A DNA stretch of 63,968 nt, filler included, from Rhabdomonas costata (GCA_019059605.1; 29 parts of 29 records of this genome joined end to end with filler, not necessarily neighbours in it); one strand, 5' to 3'; positions 35,584 through 48,123 are shown, counted from the whole stretch's first letter. Numbers and translations: made by a program. Notes: a model not told the origin generated them from the letters alone.

Positions 35584-36890
35584 CGAGGGTTCACTGCGGA
35601 GGAGCTGAAGAAGTACAACGGGGAGCAGGACCCTGATCTTCCAATCTACCTTTCTCTCAAAAACATCGTGTACGAGGTGAACCCAAAGTTCTATGGGCCT
35701 CAGGCGCCCTACCACGTCTTCGCTGGGGTGGATTGCAAATTATAGGCCCACTCCCCTGACCCCTTGGACTGCGGCGTGCATTGGAGCAGACGGATTCCGC
35801 TCCGGAAAATTTTCTGCTCATAGCCTTGTCCTGAGTTATAACCTACTACGTCTCTTTTTTTTTGGACAGTGGAGAAGCTATCCTTCGTTAAGGATTATTT
35901 TTGGTTTGTCGGGAATTGTGACCGTCGGAAGTGGTAACTTTGTTATTGCAGCTGCTGCCAGCAACCCGAATCGTAAATATACTTTGAACAAAAGATCAGA
36001 TGTGCTGTGGCATCGTTCCATTAACGCGCTCCATTTATTTCAAAGGTCTGGTCAAAACTAGCAGTGACAGTAGAAGTGACAGTAGAAGGTCAGCACTCAG
36101 CTTGAAAACCAAACACAGCCGTTTTTATGCCACATGTTTTAGCTTCAAATTTGATAAACGCCTGACTTAGTAGTTTTTAGTAGCTTTTTAGTAGTGTAGT
36201 AGTTTTGACTTTTTGATGTGATCTGGACTATTGTAACCTTTCCGAAGTGCTGATCTTTAACGATCCCCCCCCGCAAAAAAAAACCCTCTACAAATAACGC
36301 CCTGGTTCCTCCGTTCATCATCTCAACGGAGAGGTGCCCCGATTATTGGCCATACGGTTGGCTCCCTTGGGCGTGTTTCGCTGTCCCATTTATTGGTTTC
36401 TCTGATGTCTACCAGTGTACTTGGGTCGACATTTTGTGTAGTGTGTAGTGTGTAGTAGTGCGGCCGACCTTGGGACACAAATCCTTTTTTATACAATTGT
36501 GACAAATATATGGCGTCATAAAAACTCCTTTGACCGTTGGGGCACAGGGAAATTTGTGAATTAAAAGCTTGCATAAAAGTTCAATTTTTTTTTGGCAGAT
36601 ATTTGGTTTAAAATTTGGTTGCGTAGTCGTCACCGCCTACCCCGCGACGGGGGCTGGGGGGAGTGGGCTTTTTCTCTCACCGCACCATCCCCTTGGGACG
36701 ATCGGACATCAGCACCCGGGGCGGCAATGAGGACTGGTCCGTGTTGAACGCCGAGGAGATGGCCGCGGCGGACAGCTGGGCTGGGTCGTTCGGGAAGAAG
36801 TACCCCGTGGTGGGGTGGTTTATTCCCCCGTACAGCGACGCCGCTGCAGCGCAAGCCGCGGCTGCGGAGCCTGCACCGAAGACGGCGTAG
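35584..36890 (+). CDS. Cytochrome b5-like heme/steroid-binding protein (MAPR/PGRMC family), C-terminal part
   Basis: Exon 35584-35736 (FTAEELKKYNG...PIYLSLKNIVYEV...FYGPQAPYHVFAGVDC) and exon 36684-36890 (TIPLGRSDIS...DWSVLNAEEMAAADSWAGSFGKKYPVVG...stop). Confidence 0.9.
35737..36683 (+). other. Non-conventional (non-GT-AG) intron with base-paired ends, 947 nt
   Basis: The junction is fixed by homology (FAGVDC|TIPLGRS aligns with FAGRDASRALAK). A GCA direct repeat sits at both borders. GCCCACTCCCC (35746-35756) is perfectly complementary to GGGGAGTGGGC (36658-36668). Confidence 0.75.
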
Positions 36891-37722
36891 TTTCACACTT
36901 CACACAAAACTTCTCTCTTTCTAACCCACACATACATGCTAAGACACAAACTCCACACCCGCCTGGTCTTCAGCTACATGATCATCATGGGGCTGTGTAT
37001 GGCAAACTGCATCTGATTCCCTCATTGCTGTGAGATGTCTCTGCATCGTTGGCAGGCAGACCACGGGTCCGTCAACACCAGCAACCTTGTGAACAATCGT
37101 TGGTTCGTGCCTATTTTCCATGCCATCCCGTTCCCTCTCTTTTTCGAATCTCTTAACTTTCCAGCACTGGTCTCCAAAGTGTGCACGGGCACACCCATAC
37201 ATAGGAGCACAGTGACTGTCTTGTTGCGGCAGTTCCTGGTTTTGTCAGGTCAGTGTCGTTTTATCTTGCGGCGGGCAACGGGAAAGGTGTGCGTGCTAAA
37301 TGCTACTACCTAGCTGATGGCTTCCTCCTTCTATATTGCGTAGATCTACGATTAGGTCTCTTCTGTCCACCAATTTTGTCCCGATGGTTTTCGGTTCCGG
37401 TCTCTTTTTGCTGCTGGTGCTAACCCAGGGCATACCAGTGACGAAGCAATGTTGTTCGGGGTTGCTTGGGAATTGGAGCATGCCTCGTATCTTCTTGGAC
37501 AGGGTGCGTGCCCTCGCTGGGTGTCAGGGTGCGTTGGATGTGCCTCGAAAAGGGTCAGTCCGAAGGTTTCGCAACGTTGCCATTGTTATCGCGGGTTACG
37601 TTTTCACCACAACACCTTACGGNNNNNNNNNNNNNNNNNNNNNNNNNNNNNNNNNNNNNNNNNNNNTTAATTAATTAANNNNNNNNNNNNNNNNNNNNNN
37701 NNNNNNNNNNNNNNNNNNNNNN

Positions 37723-39839
37723 AAGGGGCCTTGGCCCCTGCCGCGGGGTCCCCGCCAAGTGACGTGCCAAGAGAGGCCTCCACTACTGTTGGAGAGTCGG
37801 AAAGGGGATCCGCTCCGTCTACCGCTGACCTTCCAGCGATTCCTGGTATGATTGTTTTTTTGATGGCACCCCGCACCTGCATGTTCTTCATTTCGTTTTT
37901 TCCTTTGAGGTGAGATGATGGATATGGGAGGGGGCGCAGGGATAGAGTCTGTGCGGTGGACGTTTCGCAATACAGCAGAACATTCAAGTACTTGTATTTT
38001 GTCTCTCACTGTCCAGGCGTGTATGAACATTGCAGCGAGTGGAGCCGAATAAGGGGATTATAAACCCGATGAAAACTCGATGGGCAAATGGTGCCTCACA
38101 CAAGCAATGCTTTGCTTTTTGACTGATAAACTCTGGTTTGCCGCAATTCATACAGATAATTTAGTGTCATATTTTTCGAGCGCTCATGGCGTTGTTTGCG
38201 GTGTCTCAGAGGGAGCACGCGTACTGAAAGAATGGGCCATGAGCAAGCTTCGTGTACCTGTGGGTCTGACCGACTTCGTCCACGGCCTGAATCAGGCGCT
38301 GCAGGCAACCCCAGCGGAGCTGCTGCTTGGGTGCGGTGTATCCACCGACTCTATTGTGAAGAAACCGCTCCTATGCACCGATTTGCAATGGCTCTCTGAA
38401 AGGCCATCGAATGATAGCAATAACAAAATGCTTTCCCACCATTCAAGCTTTTTTATGGCTCATATTTGCGCACTGTACCTTTCATATCCGTTACCACTTC
38501 TGGCACGTTACGCCTCACTTTTTCTCTGGTCGGATGGCTCCAGAGGCCCGACCCTTTCTCTTGATCGCGTTGCGTTTCACCGTCGTTTTACTTCCCCCTC
38601 AGTTTTTCTGGAGAGCCGCCCCGCACGTCTCAGCTATTCTTTTCGATTCCCTCCACTTTGCACAGGAGCCTGCAAGACTTGCTGTGGCGCAGCTACCGCT
38701 ATCCTGGTTTCAGCGCTTGTGGGGCGCCCCCAAAACAGGGGCTTCCCTCGCCAGTGGCTTCCCAGCTGGCACAGGTGTGGCAATACTTCTTCGCCTCTGG
38801 CGGCGGCGACGGCTCGGGTGGACCTCCTGCCCCAGCTTCTGGTCTTGTTGCGCGAGCGGGGCCGCAGGGCGACCCCAGTGGTGCGCTAGGCGCTGTCCGG
38901 GGCCGCTTCGCGGAGGACTTTTGCGTATGTTCGCTTCGCCTCCCCCACCCCCAGTCTGATCAGGATCTACGTCGGTACCATCAGATAAATGTCTATCGGG
39001 GAAACTCCACGTCACCTCTTCCTCTGCATTTGGTCTGCTGGATCCTATACGCTGGAATAATATGATCATGTCTGTGTTTTCTGGCTCCACAAAGCGTTTC
39101 GGAAGCGCGAATGCCGTCTGTGGTTGTGTTGGTGACCCGCGAAATATTTTTCAACATCATTCACAACCTGAGCACTATTGGCCTTCTGAAAGGAGCAGCC
39201 ACCGTCAGTGTCTCCTTTGGTCTCCTTCTCCACTGTCGCTCTTCTGCATCCTGCGCTTCAACACGCCCACTGATCCTCAGATTAACTCCGAGAAGGGGAG
39301 GTCGAGGCCTTCGTTGACCCTTCCGCTCCTGCGTGTTGCTGCCAAGCGATGGGTTCGAACTCTATCAGAACACTTGGAAGCCACCCTTTCTCCTGAGGTG
39401 GCGCTCGAGCGGCTCTCCCCAGCCCTGGCCGAGGCCCTGCTACAGGTCTCTTTTGGCGGGTGGTTCAGCTGCTTCATTCTCAATTTGTCGCGGGGACGTT
39501 TGGGATTTTTTCGAGGGGCATTCGGGATTTGGGTTCTGATGGGTTTGTGTGCGAGGCGCTTAGGTTGCGAAACGGCACAGAGGGCGTTTTTGGTGGCCTC
39601 GGGTTTTGTTTCGTCGTTTTCATATGTGTGTTGGGTCCATAAATGCATATGAGGCTTCCTATCCCATTTTGTGGTCCCTAAAATAAAGGGTGCGGAGCTG
39701 GAGCTTCCCGGGCAGTACGCTCCGGCCTTCCACAACGGCGAGTGGCTGCGGAGAGAGCCTTTGACAGAATACCACGAACGGGTGCTCTATGTACGCCCCG
39801 AGGTGGCCGTACTGCGCCCGCCGCTGTGCGGGCTGGGCG
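37723..39839 (+). CDS. TRRAP: TRRAP/Tra1-like PIKK-family protein, region just before the kinase-like domain
   Basis: Phase-consistent exons 37723-37845, 38210-38330, 38666-38924, 39281-39445 and 39689-39839. The motifs RFAEDF, KRWVRTLSEHLE...VALERLSPALAE and LELPGQY...EP...YHERVLYVRPEVAVL resemble Tra1 FxxDF, WxxxLE...LExxSxxL and EIPGQY...HxxI. Confidence 0.6.
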
Positions 39840-39939
39840 NNNNNNNNNNNNNNNNNNNNNNNNNNNNNNNNNNNNNNNNNNNNTTAATTAATTAANNNNN
39901 NNNNNNNNNNNNNNNNNNNNNNNNNNNNNNNNNNNNNNN

Positions 39940-41400
39940 TGTGTGTGGGCCATTTCCCTGCGCTGTGTGCGGAAAGTTTGCCGTGAGGCTCCAGGGCAAC
40001 ACAAATGAGTGGAAGGACAAAAATTTGGTTCTTGTGGTTCCCTTCCACCCGCTGTGTCGTTCTTGTGGGGCTGCGGTGACGGAAATTGTGCTGACCATCG
40101 AAGCCCGACTGAATGAGGGGGTTTGAGAAGCCCAGCCAGGATTTCGTGAAGCCTGTGTTCGCGCGGAATGCAACTGGTGCTGGGTGGAACACACGGTGCA
40201 ATACGCTTCTCCGAGAGAGCAAGATCGAGACTACACTGTGGCTGTGGTGTTACACTTGGTGGAAAGCGTTGCAGCTCTGTGCAACCGCAACCGTGCTGCC
40301 TGCTTTCGTGCCTTGACGAGGCTGGGAGGGCTTATTACGAGGCACTGACCGCCTGTCAAATCGACCCGCAGAGCGTCAAGGCCGCGTCTCGCGCGGCAAA
40401 AGCTCTGCTGCTGCTAGGCTCTCCCGAACAAGGATTCTTTTTCTTGCGGAAAGGCGCTCCAACTCTCCCCGAATGATGGCTCGCTTCACGAGCTGCTGCA
40501 AAAGCTGCAAGCGATGCCAGTGGTCGAAGACGCACCAGACCTCACGAAGGCTCCACCTCCGGCCTTACCTGAACCAGTCGATTTCGAGAATGACACTGGC
40601 TTCCGCGCTATCGATGGGTCCTCCTTGAAGGTTCCGCTGGGCTTAGGCGCTCAAGGAGTTGGGCCCGCATCCCGAAGCGTATATATGGGGGCTAGTTATC
40701 GCCCCCTGCTTTAGCCGCTGCTTAACCTCTTCAGCGAATTGCCTGAGGACCCCACAGAACTGTATGTGACTATACCCCACACCCGTTGTGCCAACTGCTT
40801 CTCTGTTTACACTGAGAACTCTGGTCCCGGTGAAGATGCTTCAAAGGGGGTGCCCCGTGGACGAGGTGATCCAAGTGTGGTTCGGGGCTCCGATGCATGG
40901 AATCCCAAATGACACCCATCTGACCCTCCTCTAGACTATCCCCGAGAGCCGCGATTGATCAAGGAGATCCGCTCTGAGAACCACTAGGGGCACTCGCAGT
41001 TTCATGGCATGGCCCGGCGCTGGCACCACCCACTTTGGGTATTCCCTCCTCTGGGTCGCCGAGATCAAGGGCAGCTTTTCGTTCTACAACCTGGAGGTTC
41101 CCGTTCTCCAGTAACTCCTCCGCCAATACGATGAATACGTGAGGGACCAGCTGGTTCAGCACAATGCCAACCGTTGTGCTCCGCTCTTGGCGACTCACTT
41201 CCACGACGATTGGGTACCACACTTCTTTGAATGCTCTGGAGGTGGACCAGGGGACCAGGGGTTCTGGAGAAGGATGTCGAGATTTCGGATAATTTTACCA
41301 TAGTTCATTACAAAATCACTGCAGCAAGCACCCGCCTTGCAAACGGCCTATTGTTTCGTGCTTCTGAGCAGGATTTTGTGCCGGTTTCCTCTTTCTTCTC
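39940..41400 (+). pseudogene. Decayed, apparently intronless TPR-containing gene with CxxC motifs
   Basis: NRAACFR.LDEAGRAYYEALTACQIDPQSVKAASRAAKALLLLG is TPR-like. CAVC and CRSC lie upstream and CANC downstream. Several stops and frameshifts interrupt it. Confidence 0.6.
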
Positions 41401-42658
41401 TCCTCTAACTCTCTAACTCTCTAACTGGTTTCTGGCAATAGTCTGTCGGAGCCGATGCAGCAACCCAGGGATGCTGCGGTCCAGCCCAGCCAGAAAGAGC
41501 TAAACAAGGACGCGGGCAGACCCTTGCTAGAGATGTTTCCACTAAAACCAGGGTCCAATTGGAGAGGGCGACCGGCATAACCAGACCCCTTCATATAGAT
41601 ATAGAATGATCGACAAGCATGCATAACATGCCTCCTCCCGCCCTCTCATCTTTTCAAAAACAAACCACGAGAAAAAAGGTCACGATATCCACGGCATATC
41701 CGCACAACGGGGGTACACAGCCACGAGAAAGCACACAGCGAGACTTGCCCCATGCCCCAGCACATGCCAAGGCAGATGTGTATACCCACCTGCACTCACC
41801 TACATCTCGTGGCAGAATGTAATCTTAGTTCTTCCAAGCTCCCGAGTGGATGAAGCCCAGGAGATAAAGCCAGGTGGATTCTCCCGGGGTCAAACCGAAT
41901 ACGTCAACAACCTGGCTGTAAACTTGTTGAAGCCTAAACGTGGAACAAACCGCAGCCATCTCTCCCGCCTCAAGTCTCAAGCACGCCAAAAAAATGGCAG
42001 CAACCTCTTCACTTTGCACCCGGGATCAATTTCACGAAGAGCTGTGAACCCCACAANNNNNNNNNNNNNNNNNNNNNNNNNNNNNNNNNNNNNNNNNNNN
42101 TTAATTAATTAANNNNNNNNNNNNNNNNNNNNNNNNNNNNNNNNNNNNNNNNNNNNGGGTGGGCTCCAATCGCCATCCCGGGGTAGTGCTTTTTTGCTTC
42201 GTTCGGGAAAAAGACAGCCGCCCTTGTTGGCGAAAAACACAGTTCCTCTCCTCTGAGCAAACAGTTCCAAAGAACTCCAGCTATGCAACTTGTGAGTTAA
42301 GGGGTTCAAGCTAGGCGCAAAGTTTCAAAAGGGGAGCTCCGTCCCGGACCAACACATTCGTGGCATCCCTGTCGAGCTGAATAAACTTGACTGTCTGAAA
42401 ACAGCAGCGGTGGCAACTTTTACTATTCTTTGGCAGAAAACGTGCACCGTTTATATCGTGCTTGGTGGTTCATCACCCCAGCAAACGGTGGCGTATAGAA
42501 AGGGCGTGTCCTCACAAGCGAGGGACGTCCGTCTGTGTTTCTGCTGCGTGTGTGTGTGCATGTGAGTGCATGCGTGTGTGCGGGTGCAACCGCAAAGAGA
42601 GAACTCTATCCGCCAAGTATGTTTGAAGAGGATGGGGAGAATGCCACAGTGGCCCAAC

Positions 42659-43300
42659 TCCGACGTACACGTAATTGGCCCAAGACCCCCCGCAGAGCTG
42701 AGTGGAGTCCGCGGTACACCGCTTGGTGCATTTCGACGCGGAGCACTTCCCGTACCTTCCATACCCATTGCCACAGAAGCACTGCGTGCCGTCCTGCACT
42801 CCCGCGTACAGGTAGCCCGCGGAGAAGCACAGGGTGGCGCACAGGCCCGGGGTCACCCCGGAGTTCGGACCGTAGTAGGGAAGGGCGCGGCACCCCACAG
42901 CTATCGCGCTGAGAAGAACAACGGCCTTTTCCTTTCCGCTTGCTACCAGAAAGAACACACTGCACAAGGGAAGAATGGGGTGTCGACCCCATGCAATGTG
43001 TGGCAGAAGTGAAGGCAAAAAATGTCAAGCGTATTTTCAACAAAGTCAAATAAAGTGAATAAATGAACCGCGTGCGTGCGCACCGATGCGGTGCAGCATT
43101 TTTCAGCAAATATGGAGCGAGCAAGAAAAGGTGCAGTTTTTCATTTTTGTGTGCCTTTGTGCGTAAAGGGGAGGCGACAGCATACAAGCGCAGCACTCGG
43201 TCAGATTGCAGGGCCGGGGCAGCGCAGTTCCCGGAAGCATTCCGGGGGACGTAACCGTTGGGGCATGTGAAATTACTGCTCCTGCATGTCGGTGCCGCCG
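42659..43300 (-). CDS. Extracellular protein with a Cys-rich module and a WSC carbohydrate-binding domain (partial, one frameshift)
   Basis: Exon 42900-~42659 (RALP...VTPGLCATLCFSAGYLYAGVQDGTQCFCGN...C.KRCTADSTQLCGGSWANYVY) is a WSC domain. Exon 43300-43186 gives TCRSSNFTCPNGY...C...CNLTECC with one extra base near 43215. Confidence 0.82.
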
Positions 43301-45808
43301 CTGTGAGTGGGCGAGCGAGCCAGCGAGCAAACGACGCCCCGCACGGTTTTCACATCCCATCAGTGAGACACAGTGGTATAACGGGGATTGTCCAATGATG
43401 TAGTTTCCGTCAACATACACCGCTTCCTCTTCTACCCAAGACGGTCTGAAGTTCGATCTCAAAAGTCTGCGGAAGGAACAGCGAAGCCAGCAGCCCGTGG
43501 CCGCCGTGGCCCGCAGCCATCGTGGGGCTCCAATTAGGAGCCAAGTGAAGGGCCTCTTGCGGCGCTAAAAGAGGAGGAGCATACCGAGGGGTCTCTCTGT
43601 GCGCAGCGGGGTGGGACCCGCGCCGTTACAGCGGAGCAGCAGTGCAAAAGCAGTGGCTAGGAAGATGTGCAGGGCAGGATGGGGTGCGGTATGCACCGAA
43701 CGAACCCGCATTTGTGTGGCGTGGGAGGGTGTTGTGCGAAGGCCACAGTCACCACCACAGTTACCGAAGTCCGGAAGAAGGAAAAACTCCCCCAAAAGGA
43801 GGGAATCGATGGGGGGGGGGTCGAACCGAGAAAACAGAACACAACTTTGCGGAATGGACAGAGAGTAAGACCGCACGCTTGTCACGTCTACATCTTAACA
43901 AGGGAGAGTGCTTTCGACACGCACATCATTTCGTCTAGAACCTTCTATCCGGTGTCGTTTCCACACGTTCGCTATGGACTCCTCTGAACACCCAACTGCA
44001 AATGCCAGTTAGCTACTGCAAAAACCAAGATTTTCTGGGTAGTATTTTCCCCACCTTTCGCATCTAAGCTCCTCTCCAGCAGAACAACGATCAACCCACG
44101 AGTAGCACGTACGGTTACAGCTACGAATCGTGCCTCACCTTGAAGAACGTTGCCGGTGTGAGAGGTTAGGATAGGGTAAGCACCCTCATCACCGCAGCAA
44201 ACACAAACAGCTCGAATGGAACAAGCACACACAAGACTTACCAACAAACAGCACAAAAAACAACAACAAACAANNNNNNNNNNNNNNNNNNNNNNNNNNN
44301 NNNNNNNNNNNNNNNNNTTAATTAATTAANNNNNNNNNNNNNNNNNNNNNNNNNNNNNNNNNNNNNNNNNNNNGGGGTGGTGGGGGTGTTCCTGTCGAGC
44401 CGTGGGCCGGTGCCTTTACTTGTGCTCCTTCCTCTCTCTCCTCCTTTCTCTGCTTTTCTCTCATTCTTCTCCGCTCCTCGCAGCGCGCACCTTTTTTCCG
44501 TGAGCTCGCTTAACAAGTCGCTTCCTGGCTCTTTCTTGCCCCTGTGGTGATTTTTCTCCTGGACTGGAGAATTGGACACTGAAGGCGCACTTTGTGGGGG
44601 AGGACGGGACGTCATATCGAAGCGGTGTAACTCCATTTGCGGAACCGAGCGTTCGCCCCACAGGTGTTCTTTTTCGGACTGGAATTCACTCCCCATTCTC
44701 GCCTACTCTCGCTGTTCAAACGCTCTACACCCGTGGAGTTTTTAGTCCCTCCCGTGATAACGTGGGAATTGGGTCTACCCAAAATCGAAGCGCAAAGCTG
44801 TGATCGGCTTTCCCAGCACCCGTTCGTGTATCTTTCAGTTGAGAGTCCTGCGATTGCTGGGTAGGGGAATCCGTATAAAGCATCGAACTAAGAGAGGCAC
44901 GTATCCTCACTGAACGGAAGAATTTTTGCCAAGCGCTTTTGTGCGGACTTGTGGGTCGAGATTTGACCGTGATACGTCGGCTTTTCTTCCTTGAAGGTCC
45001 TATTGAGGTCCGGGGAGGGGGGGTGACCATTACCACTGAAACGGTTTCCTGTGGCAACAAAAAACTGACATGAAACTTGGGCTACATTAACGTGAAATAT
45101 ATCAGCACCCTCGAAGTGAGTATAGTGTGAGGAAGTTAGGTTAACGTTGCCCGTGCTCCCCAGAGGATTGTGCGCGGCGCGGGCGGCTGGGGCGGTAACG
45201 TGAACTGGGTGGCTCTACGACTGTTCTAAATTACCCTAGTTACCAGCCGTTACCAACGTTACCACTTGAGCCCCATGGCTTTTGGTAAAGAAGATTGGTA
45301 GCTTTCTTTAATGGTCATTCTTTGCCGAAACCGCGCTTTACCTATATTCTTGGGGGGGGGGGGTGAGAGTAGATGCAAGGGAGAAGAATGCCACAAAGCT
45401 ACCAAAAAAAGGTGGTGAGGTGAGCGGCAATGAACCAAGGATCAGCGGTGCTCCATACACTGATGGGAACGGGTCAGGAAGAAAGGCAAAAGTTTCGGGG
45501 CATCAGGCAATTACGCTCCGCATTGCTTTTTTTATCCACACCTGTCAATCGAAGTTAATTGCGAAAAGGTCACAGAATTAACGATCTTAGATGTTTCGGG
45601 TTCGGCTCATCCAGGTCCCCCGACCCACCAAAAGCAAGTGCTTCACCACCATACCCTCGCCACAACAATATAAACAGTGGCAAGAAACAATTTGTACACA
45701 CATTCTTCGCAAAACATCGCTGGTAGGCACCATAAAGCTCAAGGCCACCACCACCACTCCAGCAGCAGCAGAATCAGCCATCAAATTGACTCAATAAGGA
45801 AATAGCCC

Positions 45809-46463
45809 TCACTTGCACGACGTTCCGGGGGGGCCCTGGCGGGCCGCCCCTTTAGGGGTGCTCGCCTGGGCCGGGGGTTCGGACAGATCCTCAGAGAGAA
45901 TATCAGGCCTCGGCAGCACTGGATCGGCGTCCAAGACAACTCCCTCCTAAAAGCAGCAGCAGACATTCCTCAACAACGCTGAAAACCACAACAATTGCAC
46001 TCCCGCCGCCCCAAAATGACCACCTAAGGCCTTGGGCAGTAGCATCGTTTCATTGGTTACAAGCGGGGGGGGGTAAGCTCCTCTCTTCAGCATCACAGCC
46101 GGAAAAGGCAGCAGGAGCATTGGAAGGAACAAAAAAACCGCGGCCCCAAGGCAATCAGAAGAAGGTACACCAGAAACAAACACGTCCACGTTTACAGTGA
46201 CGCAATTGCGTTAAGAAAAACAATCCATTCCCCACCGAAGGCTGCTGAGATCCTCCTGCACTTACCTCTTTGAGCTTCGCCGTGCAGGCCTCGCAGTGGA
46301 ACTTTGCCGCAGGTTCGTCGGGAAGGACCTCTAGGACCCTCGCAAAGGCGTGCACGGCGGGCCCTAGCTGCCCGCTCTGCATCAGCCGCACCCCATTGTT
46401 GTACTCGTCCAGCATGCCCAGCTTAGCGGTGGCGCTGGCTTCCACAATCTCGTAGATGTCCAC
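45809..46463 (-). CDS. C-terminus of a probable class III adenylate/guanylate cyclase (TPR-like tail)
   Basis: Exon 46463-46266 (VDIYEIV...YNNGVRLMQSGQLGPAVHAFARVLEVLPDEPAAKFHCEAC) and exon 45946-45809 to TGA. The pattern matches the helical tail that follows the KGK...IYE motif in bacterial-type cyclases. The catalytic core is not in this contig. Confidence 0.55.
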
Positions 46464-47052
46464 CTGAGACGGAGCAGATACCAAAAACAANNNNNNNNNN
46501 NNNNNNNNNNNNNNNNNNNNNNNNNNNNNNNNNNTTAATTAATTAANNNNNNNNNNNNNNNNNNNNNNNNNNNNNNNNNNNNNNNNNNNNTGTTGGTGTG
46601 GTGCCATAGAGGGGGTTCAGGCGGCAGAGCAGCATCGCCTTGGTGATGTTTCCGCCCAGCACCTGTGGGTTCATGTGCAGCAGACATCGCAGCCAGCGGC
46701 AAGGATGGGCAGCATATGCGCGGCTGAAACGCAGGATGCCCTGCCAAGGTTTATGTCCGGCAGGGCGGGAATGCTTCTTCGAACAATATTAACCCATTTT
46801 TCTTCATTTGGCAATTTCATGGCGCAACATCTGGCAACCATCATTACACCACGAGCCTAGATTTCTGGCGTCACCCCACAACACTCCAAAATGGGGGCCA
46901 CAAGGCTGGAGCGAGGTTCTTCCGTGGACGAGGTGGTCCCGCAACCAACTGAGAGCTCTTGAAGCACAATCGTAAACCAGGTGTGTTCTAATGAGGGTGA
47001 GCACCTGGATTTGTAATTCAAACCCCCACCCCACCCCCGAGACCACGCATAC

Positions 47053-48123
47053 CGAGAAGCTGAGGTAGGTGTCACAGCCCACTGTGGTGCACCAAGCGTT
47101 CTCGTACACCACAGCAATACTAATGACAAAGGGGGTGTCCGCAGCAGCTGTGGCCATCTTGGCGGCAACCTCGCAGGCCTGATACCCCCCCCCCACGGCC
47201 ATCACTGCCCTGCAACCACTGCTCGCGTACATTGGAACAACGTTGCGCAAACCACATCTGGGTTCAATTCTCAAAATGGAAAGCCAAAATCTTCGTCAAA
47301 TCTCGCCTGTATATGACCACCACGCGTTTCCTATTTTAAGGGCAACCTTGGCCTGACTTTTTAGCACAGAGTGCATGGCAGCCTTATCGCTGATGTCCTT
47401 TCCCCTTCTGAATTCTCCAGCTTCGTACTGGAGCTACCACCCACTCACACGCTCACAACTTCCGCCCATGGATGACAAGTTTGGTGGCACGGGGTTACGT
47501 TTGCAAGCGTGCATCGTTCCGAAATAGAGGACAGAGGAGATGGTTTCCCAAGAAAGGTGGGATGGGCACACCTGGATCCGGGCCGTGCTACTGCGCCGCG
47601 CGGCATTCCAGGTGACGACCATGGTCTCTCCATCCAGGCTGACCACCGTGCCGCATTGCTCACAGATCTTGGGGTAGATCTGGGGTTTGAGGGGGGGCTT
47701 GATTTGGGAAGGAGCTCACTTTTTGGCCACCTCAGGGGAGAGCGATGCTTACCCCGACTGGTTCTAAAGAAGCCACCCCGCGGAAGCCAACGGCCATTGC
47801 TGGCGACAAAGTTAAGTCACGCTACTGTGGTGACGGGGTGGATGAAGGAATGACTGGAAAAAGAAATGGCCTGCATCTCCACATCCAGGAGCCTAAGAAC
47901 GTTAACCGAGTTAACCCCGGATGGAGTCAAACCAAAGCAGGATGTAGAGGTGCAGCCCAGATACTTTCAGGGCACCCGCTGCCGCCAAAAGGTGTGTACC
48001 CTGGATCTAGGCACTATGAGTGCGCACCTCTGCAATGAAGGCGTTAACAGCCGCGATGGTGTCCGAGGGTGACGCCTGGAGCAGCGGCACCAGGTTCCGG
48101 ATCTGAATCACCAGCATCGTGAC
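47053..48123 (-). CDS. Degenerate class III nucleotide cyclase domain, partial
   Basis: Phase-0 exons 48123-48028 (VTMLVIQIRNL...AVNAFIAE), 47679-47572 (...GTVVSLDGETMVVTWNAAR) and 47178-47053 (ACEVAAKM...ISIAVVYENAWCTTVG...FS) follow the cyclase-fold motif order. Confidence 0.7.
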
